This document shows, one piece after another, positions 1 to 12,537 of a DNA stretch of 64,000 nucleotides. The translations under genes and the position numbers were made by a program. The stretch spans positions 4,094,001-4,158,000 of the forward strand of contig NC_045697.1 in NCBI RefSeq assembly GCF_009834535.1. Reading direction: 5' to 3'. The notes beneath the pieces are model-generated. The model saw only the letters and a list, made by a program, of their open reading frames with translations. It was not told the origin of the DNA and made no database searches. Origin of the DNA: Camelus ferus. Lineage: Eukaryota. Each line of letters begins with the position of its first letter. Positions within the stretch are counted from its first letter, which is position 1.

Positions 1-199
1 AGAGTGAAGAGAGACAATGATCATGCAGATGATTTGTAAACACCAGGCACAGACGTATGTAAAGTGCTTATCTTTTGTTTGGACTTTCACGCTTCTGTAT
101 ATTTGGTTGTTCTTGTAAAAATCCCAATTGTGGGGCCTTCTTGGTATATCAGAGGCAGCTAGCTCATAAATTCCTTGTATGAATAAAAAGAAATGGATC

Positions 200-1100
200 A
201 AATAATGAGATGCCACTACTACACAATTGTTAAAATGGCTAAAATTCAGAACACCGACAACACCAGAGCTGGTGAGGATGTGGAGCAACGGGAACTCTAA
301 TTTGTTGCTGATGGGAATGCAAAACAGTGTAGTCGCTTTGGAACATAGTGTGGCAGTTTCTCACAAAACTAAACATGCTGTTACTATACCATACAGCAAT
401 GGGCGCTCTGCTACTTACATAAATGTATTGGAAACTTATATCCACACGAAAACCTGCACATGGATGTTTACAGCAGCTTTATTCATACTTGCCAAAACTT
501 GAAAGCAATCAAGATATCCTTCAAAAGGTGACTGGAAAAATAATGGGGGTATACCCTGGCAATGGAACATCACTCAGCAGTAAAAAGAAATGAGCTATCA
601 AGCCACGGAAAGACATAGAGGAAACGCAAATGCGTACTACTAAGTGAAAGAAGCAATCTGAAATGGCTACGTACTGTATGATTCCAACTCTACAACATTC
701 TGGAAAAGACAAAACTATGGAGACAGTGAAAAGACCATTAGTTGCCAAGGGTTGGAGGCTGGGAGTAATGAATAGATGGAGCACAGAGGACTTTTTAGGG
801 CAGTGAAACTTACACTATTTGATACTCTAATGGTGGATACATGCCATTATGCATTTGTCCAAACCCATAGAATGTACAACATCAGGAGTAAACGCTAATG
901 TAAACTATGGACTTTGGATGATGATGATGTTATAATGCAGGTTCGTTGACTGTAACAAAAGCTCCACTCTAGTGGGGCATGTACATAGTGGGGGAGACTC
1001 TGCATGTGTGGGGCAGCGGGTATATGAGAACTTTCCGTACTTCCTGCTCAATTTTGCTGTGAACCTAAAATTGCTCTAAAAAAAATAAAGTCTATTTGAA
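200..1100 (+). mobile_element. Old LINE-1 3' end (L1M/L1MC-like)
   Basis: Typical L1 ORF2-end/3'UTR motifs (ggtgaggatgtggagcaac, cacaaaactaaacat, gtaaactatggacttt) ending in an A-rich tail with AATAAA. Confidence 0.8.
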
Positions 1101-1959
1101 AGGGGAGAAAAAAAGTAAATGACTCTTACCAGGTGGATGAATTGAAAAACACTGTCTGTTTTCTACGATGAGATTAGACTGAGCGCCTCTCAGCCAGGTG
1201 CTTCTGTGCGGGGCCTGATCTCAGGCATTTCTTTGTTTTCTCTTTTATTAATTTCTGTTATTACTTATCTCCTTCCTTGTGCTTTCTTTGGTTGATTCTA
1301 TGTTCCTTTTTTAACTTCTTAGGTTATTCTCCTGACTTATACTCTTCTTCTTCTTCTTTTTAATATAAGCATTTAAGTTCTTAAATTCCCATCAACAAGA
1401 AAACTCAGGGTAAATATTTTTGGTAAAACTTTGGTTTCAGTTACATACATATAATATATATGTGTGTGTGTATTGGATTGTGATGTAAAGTGTGTTTTTT
1501 AGGTCAAAAAAGTTTGCAAGCCACTGTAGTTAAGTTACACTGGCAAATAAAAGCAAAAATTAACCTCAAAAAAAAAATTCCCATCAGGAATGGCTTTAGC
1601 TGCATCCCACTTTTGATATTTGTTTTCAGTATTATTTGATTCTAAGCATATTCTTATTTCCACTATGGTTTTTTTGATCCATAAATTATTAGAATTATAT
1701 TTTAAGAATTCCAACCACATGAGGGCTGTGATGCTCTGCTTTTACTGATTGTTAACTTAGTTGCATTCTACTAACAAATAGAGTTCTATTTGATACTAAT
1801 TCTTTGAAATTTGTTAAGACTTGCTTTATGGCCTGGTCAGTTTTAGTGAATTTTGCATGTGTGCTTGAAAAGACAAGCATTACCCAGTTGTTGCCAGCAG
1901 GGTTATCTACATGTCCACCAACTCCTGTCTCTGCCACTGCAGTAGCTTCCTGGTTTTGC

Positions 1960-2420
1960 CCTTGTTTGCCCACAGTCTAATCTCTACACAGCTTCCGTAG
2001 GTGTCCTTGAAAACACACAGCAGATCACGTCACTGACTGGATTCAGAACCTTGTACATTTCAAGTGGAGGGGGAGCCAAAGACCTTACAATGGTCTGTGT
2101 GATTCTAGGGATCTGTGCACCCCCATACCTCTCTGCAGGGTTGGCAACTGCATGACCCTGAGAGTGAGTGCCTACCCTAGGCATCTAGAGGCCCAACTTG
2201 CTCACCTTAGTCTTCACCCTGCCCTTCTGACCACGTCTTCCACTATATCCCCCTCACTTCCTCCACTCCAGCTGTATCAGCCGCCATGCTGTTTCTGGTA
2301 CATATTAGGTAACTTCCCACTTCAAGGCCTTTGCATTTCTGTTTCCTTTGCTTGAAACGCTCTTCTCCCAGGTGTAAACGTGAAGCTCTGCTCTGGCCTT
2401 CTTAAGATCTTTGATCATTT
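1960..2420 (-). mobile_element. L2-like fragment
   Basis: Degenerate L2-type motifs (cagatcacgtcactg..., aggcctttgcatttctgtttcctttgcttgaaacgctctt). Confidence 0.5.
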
Positions 2421-3031
2421 GCAGAATCAATGAAACTCAAGCTTGTTCATATTTTCTGTAACCCTGTTAAATTGTTGTCTGCTTGACCTGTCCATTATCT
2501 CATTATGCTGATAATTTTGTTAACTTTTCCTGTAATTGTCACTTTTTTTGCACACACATATAACATACATTGGTAACTATTTTATTCGGTGCACAGGAGT
2601 TACATACTTTATATATATACACACACACACACGCATAATACATATATATATATATATTCTAAACTTTTTATCACTCAGAGTTTCAGTAAGCTTTATTTGG
2701 TTCTTTTTATCATGTCTGCCTGGCTGACTTTTTGTTTTACTAAGGTAATATTTTTCATAAATTCTCATTGCACCTTTTTTTTTCACATTTAAATTCTCTG
2801 GATTGTGCTGCATCTTTCAGTTGCCATGACATAAAACATTGATTCATACTTTAATTGTAGTGTAGTCTCATTCTTAGCATTACCTAAAACAACAGCAAAT
2901 CTTAAAATTGATAGCTGCTTAGATTTGACAAAATCCCATATTATTTCAAAATTTTCCTGTTGCTTTGCTGCTTGCTCAGTTACCTAATTTTCTTGCATAG
3001 TATCATCTTGGACCTTCCTCTAGGAGAGGAT

Positions 3032-3166
3032 GTTCTCAACTGCAGGTAATTTTATTCCCTAGGGTATATATTTGGCGATGTCTGGAGGCATTCTTCTTGT
3101 CACAGCTTGGAGGGGAAGGTTGCTACTGGCATTGTAGTGAGTAGAGGCCAGGAATGTTGCTAACAT
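3032..3166 (+). mobile_element. MER20 (hAT-Charlie) DNA transposon fragment
   Basis: gttctcaac...tttggcgatgtctggagg...gctactggcat...gtagaggccaggaatgttgctaa resembles the MER20 consensus as I recall it. Confidence 0.75.
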
Positions 3167-4094
3167 TGCCTGGTTAATTTGGATAGTATTTTGTTCCTTA
3201 CTTTTTTTCCCCTTCAATTACCTTCCATTTCTTTAAATATTTCATAAATAGTCGTTTTATACTTTGTCTGATAATTCTAATATCATTTGCTTTTCGCTTT
3301 TGCTGATTCACTCATGATGCTTTGTTCCTTTGTATGTGTGTGTGTGTGTGTATAATGTTTGGCCAAACTTAATTTGAGGGAACCCTAGCAGGCTTGGTTG
3401 AGAAAGCTTCTCCAGCAGGGATTTGTGGTTGTTTCTGTGTGGCTCAAACCCCCTGACCAGGTTGAGAGCAATTTCATACTTATAGAGTCAAAGAATTTAA
3501 AAAAAAATTTTGAATTTGTATTTTTATTAATTTTGAGACAGGCTGGGCCCTGGGACCTTGGACCCTGGGCTGCAATGCTTGCACCAGGATCCGGGCACCA
3601 GAATACAAAGAAACTGTATGGGAATAAAAATAACTGTATAAGTATAAGCACAATTGGGGCAAGTTATGAACAAGATACAAAAAGACCAAAATCCCAGCTG
3701 CCAGTCTGAGGTGATCCTCTGGCCCAACCCCTGGATCCATCCCTACCCTCACCCCATTTAAGAGACCAGCCCCTCCCCCTCAGGGAGCTAGCAAGGCAAC
3801 CTGTTACTTGTTTTCCCTCCCTCACGGTCAGTGACAGTTTTTTTTTTCCCCTACCAGAAACCATAGCCAGAATACACAGACTAGATTCCTTTTGGTACCT
3901 TTGCACAGGTTAGAACATTTTCAGTGACAGGGTAGGCAGAGCCTATCCAAGACCTAGTCTCCCATCCTTTGTGTTTCTTCTACTTGTAGCTCTGGTTTTG
4001 ACCTTTGTTCACCTATCTGGTTTTAGTATTCAGTTCCCTCCTAGCCCCCCTTAGGGACTTCACTTGCATTCTTGCAAGCTCTGCAATGTATTTG

Positions 4095-5680
4095 TTTATT
4101 TATTCATTTATTAACTTAAAAATAGATTTACAATGTTGTGTTAGTTTCAGGTGTACAGCAAAGTGATTCAGTTATACATATACATATATATATTTTTCAT
4201 ATTCTTTTCTATTATAGGTTATTACAAGATATTGAATATAGTTCCCTGTGCTACACAGTAGGTCCTTGTTATTTATCTATTTTATATACAGTAGTTAGTA
4301 TCTGCGAATCCTGAACTACCAATTTATCCCTCAACCTCCCTTCCCCCCCAGGTAACCATAAGTTTGTTTTCTATGTCTGTGAGTCCATTTCTGTTTTGTA
4401 AATAAGTTCATTTGTGTCTTTTTTTTTTTTTGGATTCCACATATAAATGATATATGATATTTTCCTTTCTCTTTCTGGGTTACTTCACTTAGAATGGCAA
4501 TCTCCAGGTCCATCCATGTTTCTGCAAATGGAATTACTTTCTTCTTGTTTTTAATGGCTAAGTAGTATATATATACCTCAACTTCTTTATCAAATCATCT
4601 GCTGATGGACATTCAGGTTGCTTTCACGTCTTGGCTATTGTAAATAGTGTAGTTATGAACATTGGGGTGCATTTATCTCTTCTAATTAGTTTCCTCCGAA
4701 TATATGCCCAGAAGTGGGATTCCTGGATCATATGGTAAGTCTATAAGTTGTCTTTTCATTTTGTTTATGGTTTCCTTTGCTCTGCAAAAGCTTATAAGTT
4801 TAACTAGTTCCCATCTGTTTATCTTTGCTTTTATTTCTATTGCCTTGGTAGACTGACCTAAGAAAATATTGTTACGATTTCTGTCAGAGAATTTTTTGCC
4901 TGTGTTCTCTTGTAAGAGTTTTATGGTGTCATGTCTTACACATCTAAGTCTTTAAGCCATTTTTCAGTTTAGTTTTGTTTATGGTATGAGAGAGTATTCT
5001 AACTTCATTGATTTACATGCAGCTGTCCAACTTTCCCAACACCACGTGCTGAAGAGACTGTCTTTTCTCCACTCTATATTCTTGCTTCCTTCATCAAAGA
5101 CTAATTGACCATAGGTGTATGGGTTTATTTTGGGGCTCTCTATTCTGTTCTGTTGATCCATATGTCTGGTTTTGTGCTAATACCATGTTGTTTTGATCAC
5201 TATAGTTTTGTAGTATTGTCTGAAGTCTGGGAGTGTTATGCCTCCAGCTTCATTCTGTTTTCTTCAGTATTGCTTTGGCAATTCTGGGTCTTTTGTGAGT
5301 CCATATAAATTTTAGGATTATTTGTTCTAGTTCTGTGAAAAATGTGGCTGGGTAATTTGATAGGGATCGCAGTAAATCTGTAGACTGCTTTGGGTAGTGT
5401 GGCCATTTTAACAATGTTAATTCTTCCAATCCCAGGGCATGGAATATCTTTCCATTTCTTTAAATCATCTTTAATTTCCTTAATCAAAATTTTATAGTTC
5501 TCCACGTATAAGTCTTTCACTTCCTTGGCCAGGTTTACTCTTAAGTATTTTTTTTTTTTTTCCTGATGAAATTTTAAAGGGATTGGTTTTTCTTTTTTTA
5601 CTTTTTTCCTGATATTTAATTGTTAGTGTAAAGAAATGCAACAGATTTCTATATGTTAATCTTATATCCTGCCAATTTGG
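4095..5680 (-). mobile_element. LINE-1 3' segment (ORF2 C-terminal part + 3'UTR, internally deleted near 4745)
   Basis: Minus-strand ORF2 peptides [61 protein letters not shown]. Confidence 0.9.
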
Positions 5681-7968
5681 TGAAGGAACCTGGGTCTACT
5701 GTAGAAGTTTCCAGCTGCTGGTACATGTGGAGGGAGGAGTGCAATGCAGCCAGCCACAGCTGCCTTCTCCGCTAGTCCAGAGGGCATTGCTTGGCATCAC
5801 TGTCAGTGTACTCTTGCAGGGGGAGGGGCGGGATCCAGACCTAGCAGTCTTCTTAGCTGGCTCGTGAAGAGGCACAACTGCTGGCGAGTGGCTTCTGGGC
5901 AGAGGCAGGGCTGAAAACTGAACCCATTCCCAGACGCTGCACCACTTTGAAAGTGGGGCTGAGATCTGAGCCCAGGCCCAGGTGGCTGTGACACATTTGC
6001 TCTGCTGGTGCCTTTGTTGAATCGGCGTCTCTAGGACATACAAGCTGAGTACTGGTGTGTGGCAGGGGTGGGTATGGCATTAACACTGGGTGTGCTTGTG
6101 CAAAGGTGGGGCTGGAGCCTGGGTAGACCACTGTGGATCCAGTGCCTGACAGGACGCAGACAAGCAGTGGACCCTGGTGTCTGACACTGGTGGATCTGCA
6201 CTGGTGGCTTTGTGGGTGTGGAGCCTGGAGGACACCAGGGCGGGTTGCCAGCATTCCTGCAGCTTGAGGTGGGGACAAGGGCAGCATCAGCAAGTGTATT
6301 TTGTAAGCCTGCACAAAGAGTGATAGGCAACACCACAAAGGACACCTCCCTGTGGACATCAGCTGTGGAAGAATGCTCAGAGGCTCCTCTCCCAGCAGAA
6401 GCAGCCCAGTCCTGCCTACCTCACAAGGCAGCTCAGAAATGGATCTGGGGGCCTCTATTCCAACAACAGAGGAGCAGACCCAGCTCCTGACAGGGCTGTG
6501 ATAGCCACAGAGCAGAGAGGAGGCCCCACTCAACATCCAGGGCAGACTCTGGTCACCACAGCACTGATCACCCCCCAATCAATGCGATAACAACCAGCAC
6601 ACATGGAGGAAAGAAGTGACAACCGTCCATACTAAAAACAGCCCTCCCAACAAGAGCAGACACACACAGTCTACACAGAGATGCTCCCCTGTGAAAACAG
6701 CCCTTCAAGAGCACAGGGATAACTTACTCCTCAACTCAGCGTCAGAGAGAGATATAAGAAAATGAAGAAGCGGAGGAACCACCCCCAAGTAAAGGAACAA
6801 GAGAAACCCCCTGAAAGTGCGAACAGTGGGACAGACCTCTGCAGTCTGCTGGAACCTGAGTGCAAAAAGGAAGGGATAAAAGCACTAAAGGAAATAAGAG
6901 AGGCTGCAGATAGAAATGGAGAATAGGAAGCAGAAACTGTAAGAGGAGCCAATTAAAATCAGAAAACTCAACTGCTGAGATAGAAGCTGAGCTAAAGGCA
7001 ATCAATAGCAAACCAAACAATTCGGAGGAACGAGTGAGCCATTTGGAAGACAGAGTAACGGAAGTCACTCAGTCAGAACAGGAGTCCGAAAAACAAATGA
7101 AAAAAAAGATGAAAGCAATATAAGGGACCTTTGGGATAATATGAAGCATGCCAATTTATGCATAATAGGGGTCCCAGAGGAGAAGAAAGAGAAAAGGGTA
7201 TTGAAAACATATTTGAAGAAATTATGACTGAAAAATTCCCCAACACAAAGAAGGAAACAGATATCAAAATACAGGAAGCATAGAGGGTCTCAAACAAGAA
7301 GAACCCAAACAGACTTCCACGAAGACATATTATAATTAAGATGGTCAAAGTTAAAGGTAAAGAAAAGATGCTAAAGGCAGCAAGAGAAAAACACAGTTAG
7401 TTACAAGGGAACCCCCAGAAAGCTCTCAGCTGGTTTCTCTACAGAAACATTGCTGGCCAGAAGGGAGTGGCAAGATATATCTGAAGTCCTGAGAGAGAAA
7501 AGCCTCAGATACTCTACCCAGCGAGGCTATCACTTAGAATAGAAGGAGACAGAGACGGTTTCTCAGGCAAGCAAAGCTAAAAGAAGGCAGCAGTACTAAA
7601 CCTATCCTAAAGGAAATCTTGAAAGATCTTCTCTAAATAGAAAAGAAACAGGACTCTGTAGAAAAGAGAAAATCACAATGGGAAATGCGATAACTACCAC
7701 GGACAGCAAAAGAATTAAGCGTGAGTATGTGAAAGAGGGTGGCCAATCGTACAGTGTTGGAGAGGGGAGCAAGAAAATGTAGGTTTGTTGGTTTGTTTGT
7801 TTGTTTTAGGATGTGTTTGAGCCTATATGATTACCAGCCTAAAGTAAATACATATAGTAATGGGTTAAACATACTTGAAAAACAGGGTAACGACAATTCA
7901 AAAGTATACAATAGAGTCACAAAAATCAGAAAGAAAAATCAAGCTAATACAAAGAAAATTATCAAAAC
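5681..7968 (+). mobile_element. LINE-1 5' segment (5'UTR, decayed ORF1 about 6762-7637, inter-ORF region)
   Basis: ORF1-like start MKKRRNHPQVKEQEKPPE, and IGVPE / RHIIIKM / KAAREK-like motifs; GC-rich 5'UTR upstream. Confidence 0.8.
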
Positions 7969-9099
7969 ACCCTTGTTCCCGTATCAGCTTTTATTCCCCT
8001 AAACACCCAGCTCCCTCGATTCCCTGCAGGATTCCAGATTACCATGCATGAGAGCAGTTTGCCCCCCCCTGCCCCCACCCAGGGCTGTTGCTCCGCTCAC
8101 CCAGAGGTGTCTGAATGGTGTGCACCATCAGGACCTCGGGTTAGTAGTCACTGGGGGTGGGGCCCTGCCACATCCCGGGACTCAGTGCAGATGAAGCTTC
8201 CCTTTAACCATGGTCACACAGAACCTTGAGACCAGGCTCTGGGGGCCCCTCCTGGGGACAATGGGGCCAGGGTGAGGGGCTGCAATATCAGAGGCCCTCC
8301 TGGGCTCACAGGACCCTTTCCAACGGATGGTCAGTCCAAGGCCATGGCCCTGGAAGGGGGGTCAGATGGGGCCAGGGGGACCCCCACCTTCCTATCCTCA
8401 CTCTTCTACTGAAGGAAAGTCACAGAGCCCCTTCGTCACTGCGGCTGCAGCGCATCTACTGAATGGTGACCAAGGACCAGGCATGTCCGGACACGGCTCT
8501 GCCTGGGAGCCCAGCAGTCTCTCCTCTGTGAAGCTCACACCTGCTGGGAGGGCACAGACAGGACATGGGTGGACAGGTAACCCCCCTACATACTGACGAG
8601 TGCTCGGAGGGCTTGGAGAAGGAGAAAGCCTGGCTGGGGGTGGTGGGGAGGGGGGAGCAGAGAGGGACTGGTGGGCAGGGCTGACACCCTGCTTAGAGTG
8701 GACAGAGGAGGAAGGGACCTTTGGGCAGAGACCTGAATGGAACTAGGGAGGGAGCCGGGCAGCACTGGGGTAGGAGCTTTGCAGGCAGAGGGAATGGCAG
8801 GTGCAAAGGCCCTGAGGTGGGGCTGTGGTTGGTGCCTTAGAGGAACCACAAGACTGATGTGGCTGAAGCAGAGAAGGAGGGGAGACAGCAGTCTGGGGAG
8901 CGGCGAGCAGAGCCCACATGGAGCAGAGGAAGACTCTGATTGTCCTCGTGGAGTCAAGAACCCTGACCTCGCACGCTGGTTGCTGGGGGATTGGAGACCC
9001 CAGGTGTCAAGCACTCAGGACGGAGCCCAGCACATCCAGGAACGACAGTGACGGTTCGGGGGGAAGGGCCCTGAACGGAGCTCCTGTTTGCCAGGGACA

Positions 9100-9830
9100 G
9101 TGGAGGTTCTGCTGCTCCTTCGTCACGTGAGGCTTTGCGACAGCAAAGCTGACGACGCCGAGAGCCCTCCGCAGGCCCCCGCTCCCGCCCCAGGGCCTGT
9201 GCCGGGAGAGGTTAAACACGGGACAGAACCCGGCCCGGACCCTCCCTGGGCTGTTCCCAACACGGCCCGAGGAGGGCCGCCTGGGGGCCCGGAAGAGGCA
9301 GCGGGCCGACAGCGCAGAGGCTTCTCGCGGCCCCCCTCGCGCCCGGCTGGCGGCCCAGAGCCGGGGCGGCGCGCGCCTCTCGCGCAGGCGCACCGGAGGC
9401 CCCGTCTCCGGGCCCGGCGGGCCGAGGCCGAGCGGGGACCCCTCCCTCGGGCCGGGCCGCCCCTCCCGGGCCCCGCGGCCCCGCACGGCCGGCGCGGGGC
9501 TGCGCCGAGGGGCGCGTGCCGGCGCCCCCCTGCAGCGCGCACGCCCCAGACGCGCCGCGGGCCTTCGAGGCGCCACGCTCCTGCCCTCTGCCGGCTGCCG
9601 GCGTCACCCCGGACGCGCCCCGGTCACCTGCTCCCGGCCGTCGGCGGAATTCCTCTGAGACGGAGTTCGTCCTCGCCGCGAGCGCGGTTGGCCTTTCCGC
9701 AGCCACAGCCCGGCCTGCCCGACACGGCAGCCGGGCCCCGGGCACCCCCGGGCGGCGAAGGCCTCCGCCCCTGCGGCCCGGCTCCCCGCGCCCCGTGTCC
9801 CCGGTCGCCCGTGGCCTGCTCCCATCTGCA
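9100..9830. promoter_or_regulatory. CpG island (duplicate copy)
   Basis: Very GC- and CpG-dense; GTCACGTGAG E-box at about 9122 and GC boxes. Confidence 0.75.
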
Positions 9831-10029
9831 CGCCCAGGACCTTCCCTGCCCGCAGCTCCAGAGCAGCTCCCACTGGCCGGACCAGAGAAGGACTCTGCTG
9901 TCCGGTGGTCACAGGCCACCCTCTCCCAGGAGGTCGAGTCCTTCCAAGTCTGTCCTTCCCTCAGGACATCCCTCAGCCCTGGGGACCATACGACCTCCTT
10001 GCATCTCATAGTTGACTCTCCCAGAATAT

Positions 10030-10545
10030 TTGCCACTGAGATGTAATCACACACCATCAAACTCATACTTTCCAAGTACACAGTTCAGCGGGTTTTGGTG
10101 CATTCACAAAACCGTGCCACCCTCAGCACTATCTAATTCTCCAACAATCACACCACCCCGCAAAGACACCACAGACCTGCCAGGAGTCACACCTGTTCTG
10201 TCCTCCCCCGGCCCCCGGGAACTAGGACTCTATTTTCAACCTGCGTGGATTTGCCTCTTCTGGACACTTCATGGAAATGGAATGGCACAGCATGTGGCCT
10301 TTCGTGTCTGGCTTCCTTCACTTATATAATGTTTGTAGTGGCCTTTGTTCTTTTTTATGGCTGAGTAATATTCCACTGTGTAGATATGGCATGTTTTGTG
10401 TATTTAGGTATCTGATGGACACTTGAGTTGTGTCCACCTTTGATGAATGTGAAGAATGTGCCTGTGAACGTGCAGTAATATTTCCTGGAGAGTATATATT
10501 CCCAGTCCTTTGGACGTACATCTGGGAGTGGAACATACACATTTC
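10030..10545 (-). mobile_element. Old L1 3' fragment (within the duplicate; mirror at about 54020-54530 on +)
   Basis: L1M 3'UTR motifs (ctggcttccttcactt, atggctgagtaatattccact, tgatggacacttgagttg). Confidence 0.7.
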
Positions 10546-10987
10546 TTGTTGTTAATAATTCTTATAAATGGTGTCCCATTTCATGTGCTATGCGGTTTCC
10601 TTTCATCTCCTGGTGGCCTGAGCTAGGAGGTGGCAGGTGTCCCCCTGGGGCAGGGGAGGAGTCTGGGGTGGACAGCTCCCTCCCCCGTCCAGTGGGCACA
10701 GCCACACCCTTCAGGGGTGTCATCAGCCTGGGATGAGCCTGTGAAGGCCCCCTGCACGCAGCAGGGCCACAGTCATCACTGGTGACCTTGGTGAGACCCG
10801 GCGAAGCCTGCAGGCAGATGCATTTTGGTAACCCTGTATTTCCTCTGCCTCTGGGAGAACCTCCTGTCTTTGACTTTGGGAAATGAACAAGGAACGTGAG
10901 CCTGTGTGAAGCTCTCACACATGAGAGGAGAGGAGAGGGAGGGCTGGCTCTGGGGGGCAGGGGAAGAAACAGGTCCTCAATGCAATG

Positions 10988-10993
10988 TTTATT
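10988..10993 (-). terminator. Polyadenylation signal of the inverted paralog
   Basis: TTTATT (AATAAA on the - strand), mirror of 53569-53574. Confidence 0.65.
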
Positions 10994-11114
10994 GAAGAGA
11001 TCAGAACACCCCAGTTCCATCCATGTCCTGCCGCAGGCCTGCCAGATGGGCAGTGACCCCTCACCCCTCCACGCTGCGTCCTCTGCATCCTGAGGCCACA
11101 CATCCGCCAAGGGC

Positions 11115-11212
11115 TCATTGCTTTCGAAAGTGAATGAAGAAGGTCCGGATTTCCTTCGGGTGGATGGTGATGGTGGGGCATCCGGGGGTTGGCGAAGGGT
11201 GGCTGGAGCCTC
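11115..11212 (-). CDS. MAN2B2: MAN2B2-like paralog exon 19 coding part
   Basis: [32 protein letters not shown]; 4 nt differences (S>C, Q>R, two silent) from the + strand copy. Confidence 0.85.
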
Positions 11213-12164
11213 CTGGGGGAGCAGAGGTGGTCTGTCCAGCACCGTCCTTGGAGCCACCTGCTTCCCCAGGTCACCTCCTCCCTGCACCCCCCTCACAACA
11301 CCGCCCCTGCCCGCATTCTCGCGGTTTCTATGGTGATCAGGGCCGTCGGCTGCCCCTTCCTGACAGGGCTGCACTGCCAGCAGGCTTCTTTCATTTCTGC
11401 CCTCTGCAGAGCGCCCCACCACAGGGAAGGCGGATCCAGCTGGTCCTGCCCCACTTGGCCTCATATCCCCTGGGGTGTGGCACTCAATGCCTGAGAGCGT
11501 TCTCACTGAGGCCATGGAGGGGGAACTGCCCTTTATCTCACTGGGCTCTGCTGAAGTCACATCCTGGGGCTCAGGCTTCTCCCTTGGGATGCATCTTATC
11601 CATCCATTCATTCACCCGTGCTTCCATCCATCCATCCATCCATCTATCCTCCCATCCACTCACTCATCATCCACTCATCATCCACTCATCCGTGTATCCA
11701 GCATACACCTCGCTCCATCATTGCCTCCCTCGCTCGATGACTCCCTCTTTTTTCCATCCTTCCTTCCTTCTGCTCTTTTTCTTCAACACCTATCCATCTT
11801 TCCATCCACCCATCTATCCCAAATTGACTAAGTGTCTACCTATGTGCCCAGACCATGCTGTGTGCAGTACACAAAAGGTGATATGGGTCAGAGCAAACTC
11901 AGCGGGAACAGAGAGCAGAGGAGGCACCTGACCCAGCCCTGGACCTCGGGGAGCTCGACTAGAAGCTGGCCAGGATGAAGGGGACAACGCTGTCCAGGCA
12001 GAGGGAGCGGCACAGGCACAGATTGGGAGGCAAGAAGCAGCCAGTGGTTTTCAAGGGGTAACTGTGGGGTGTGCAGTGTGAGCTCAGCATGGCAGGTGCC
12101 CCCTGGGGATGTGCTGGTAAGTTTGGGGCTCACCCAAGGCACGGGCAGGGGTATGGTCTTGGAG

Positions 12165-12190
12165 ACACACACACACACACACACACACAC
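12165..12190. repeat. (CA)n microsatellite; the mirror (TG)n at about 52412-52435 is slightly shorter
   Basis: Direct reading. Confidence 0.9.
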
Positions 12191-12416
12191 CCCACCTGTG
12201 TGGACTCCTGGCAGGTGGAGGCTGACCTGAAGCCTTCCTTAACCTGATGTGGTGCATTCAGGAAGGCTGAGACTCAGAGCAGGAGGGCAGCCTGTTCAAG
12301 GTCACATGGGTCTTAAGGAGCAGAGTGGGATCTGAGCCAAGCCTGTCCAGTTCCTGATCCTGGCTGAAGGGCGGGCTGGGAATCCCGGGTGGAGCCTGAA
12401 CCAGGGGCGCCCAAAC

Positions 12417-12537
12417 CTCTGCGGAGGGGACGATCCTGGGTCCTCCACGTCCAGCGGTGCAGCGTGCTCACGTCCCAGGTCCCAGTGAGCGAGCGCTCCT
12501 CCACCGCCAGCACGGAGCCCAGCCCCCGCAGCACGGA
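12417..12537 (-). CDS. MAN2B2: MAN2B2-like paralog exon 18
   Basis: Reverse complement matches 52065-52185; [22 protein letters not shown]... Confidence 0.85.

Noticed and set aside
5853..6578. 241-aa minus-strand ORF
   Set aside because: Antisense to the GC-rich L1 5'UTR; no evidence of a host gene.
9007..10081. Long overlapping ORFs (307, 289, 189 aa; mirrors of 357 and 176 aa at 54481-55554)
   Set aside because: Arise from stop-codon scarcity in a CpG island; Arg/Pro/Gly/Ala low-complexity, open on both strands, and frames differ between the two copies because of 1-bp indels.
10562..11611. 349-aa minus-strand ORF (286-aa mirror at 53140-54000)
   Set aside because: Reads exon 19 in the wrong frame plus intron and 3'UTR; no recognisable protein.
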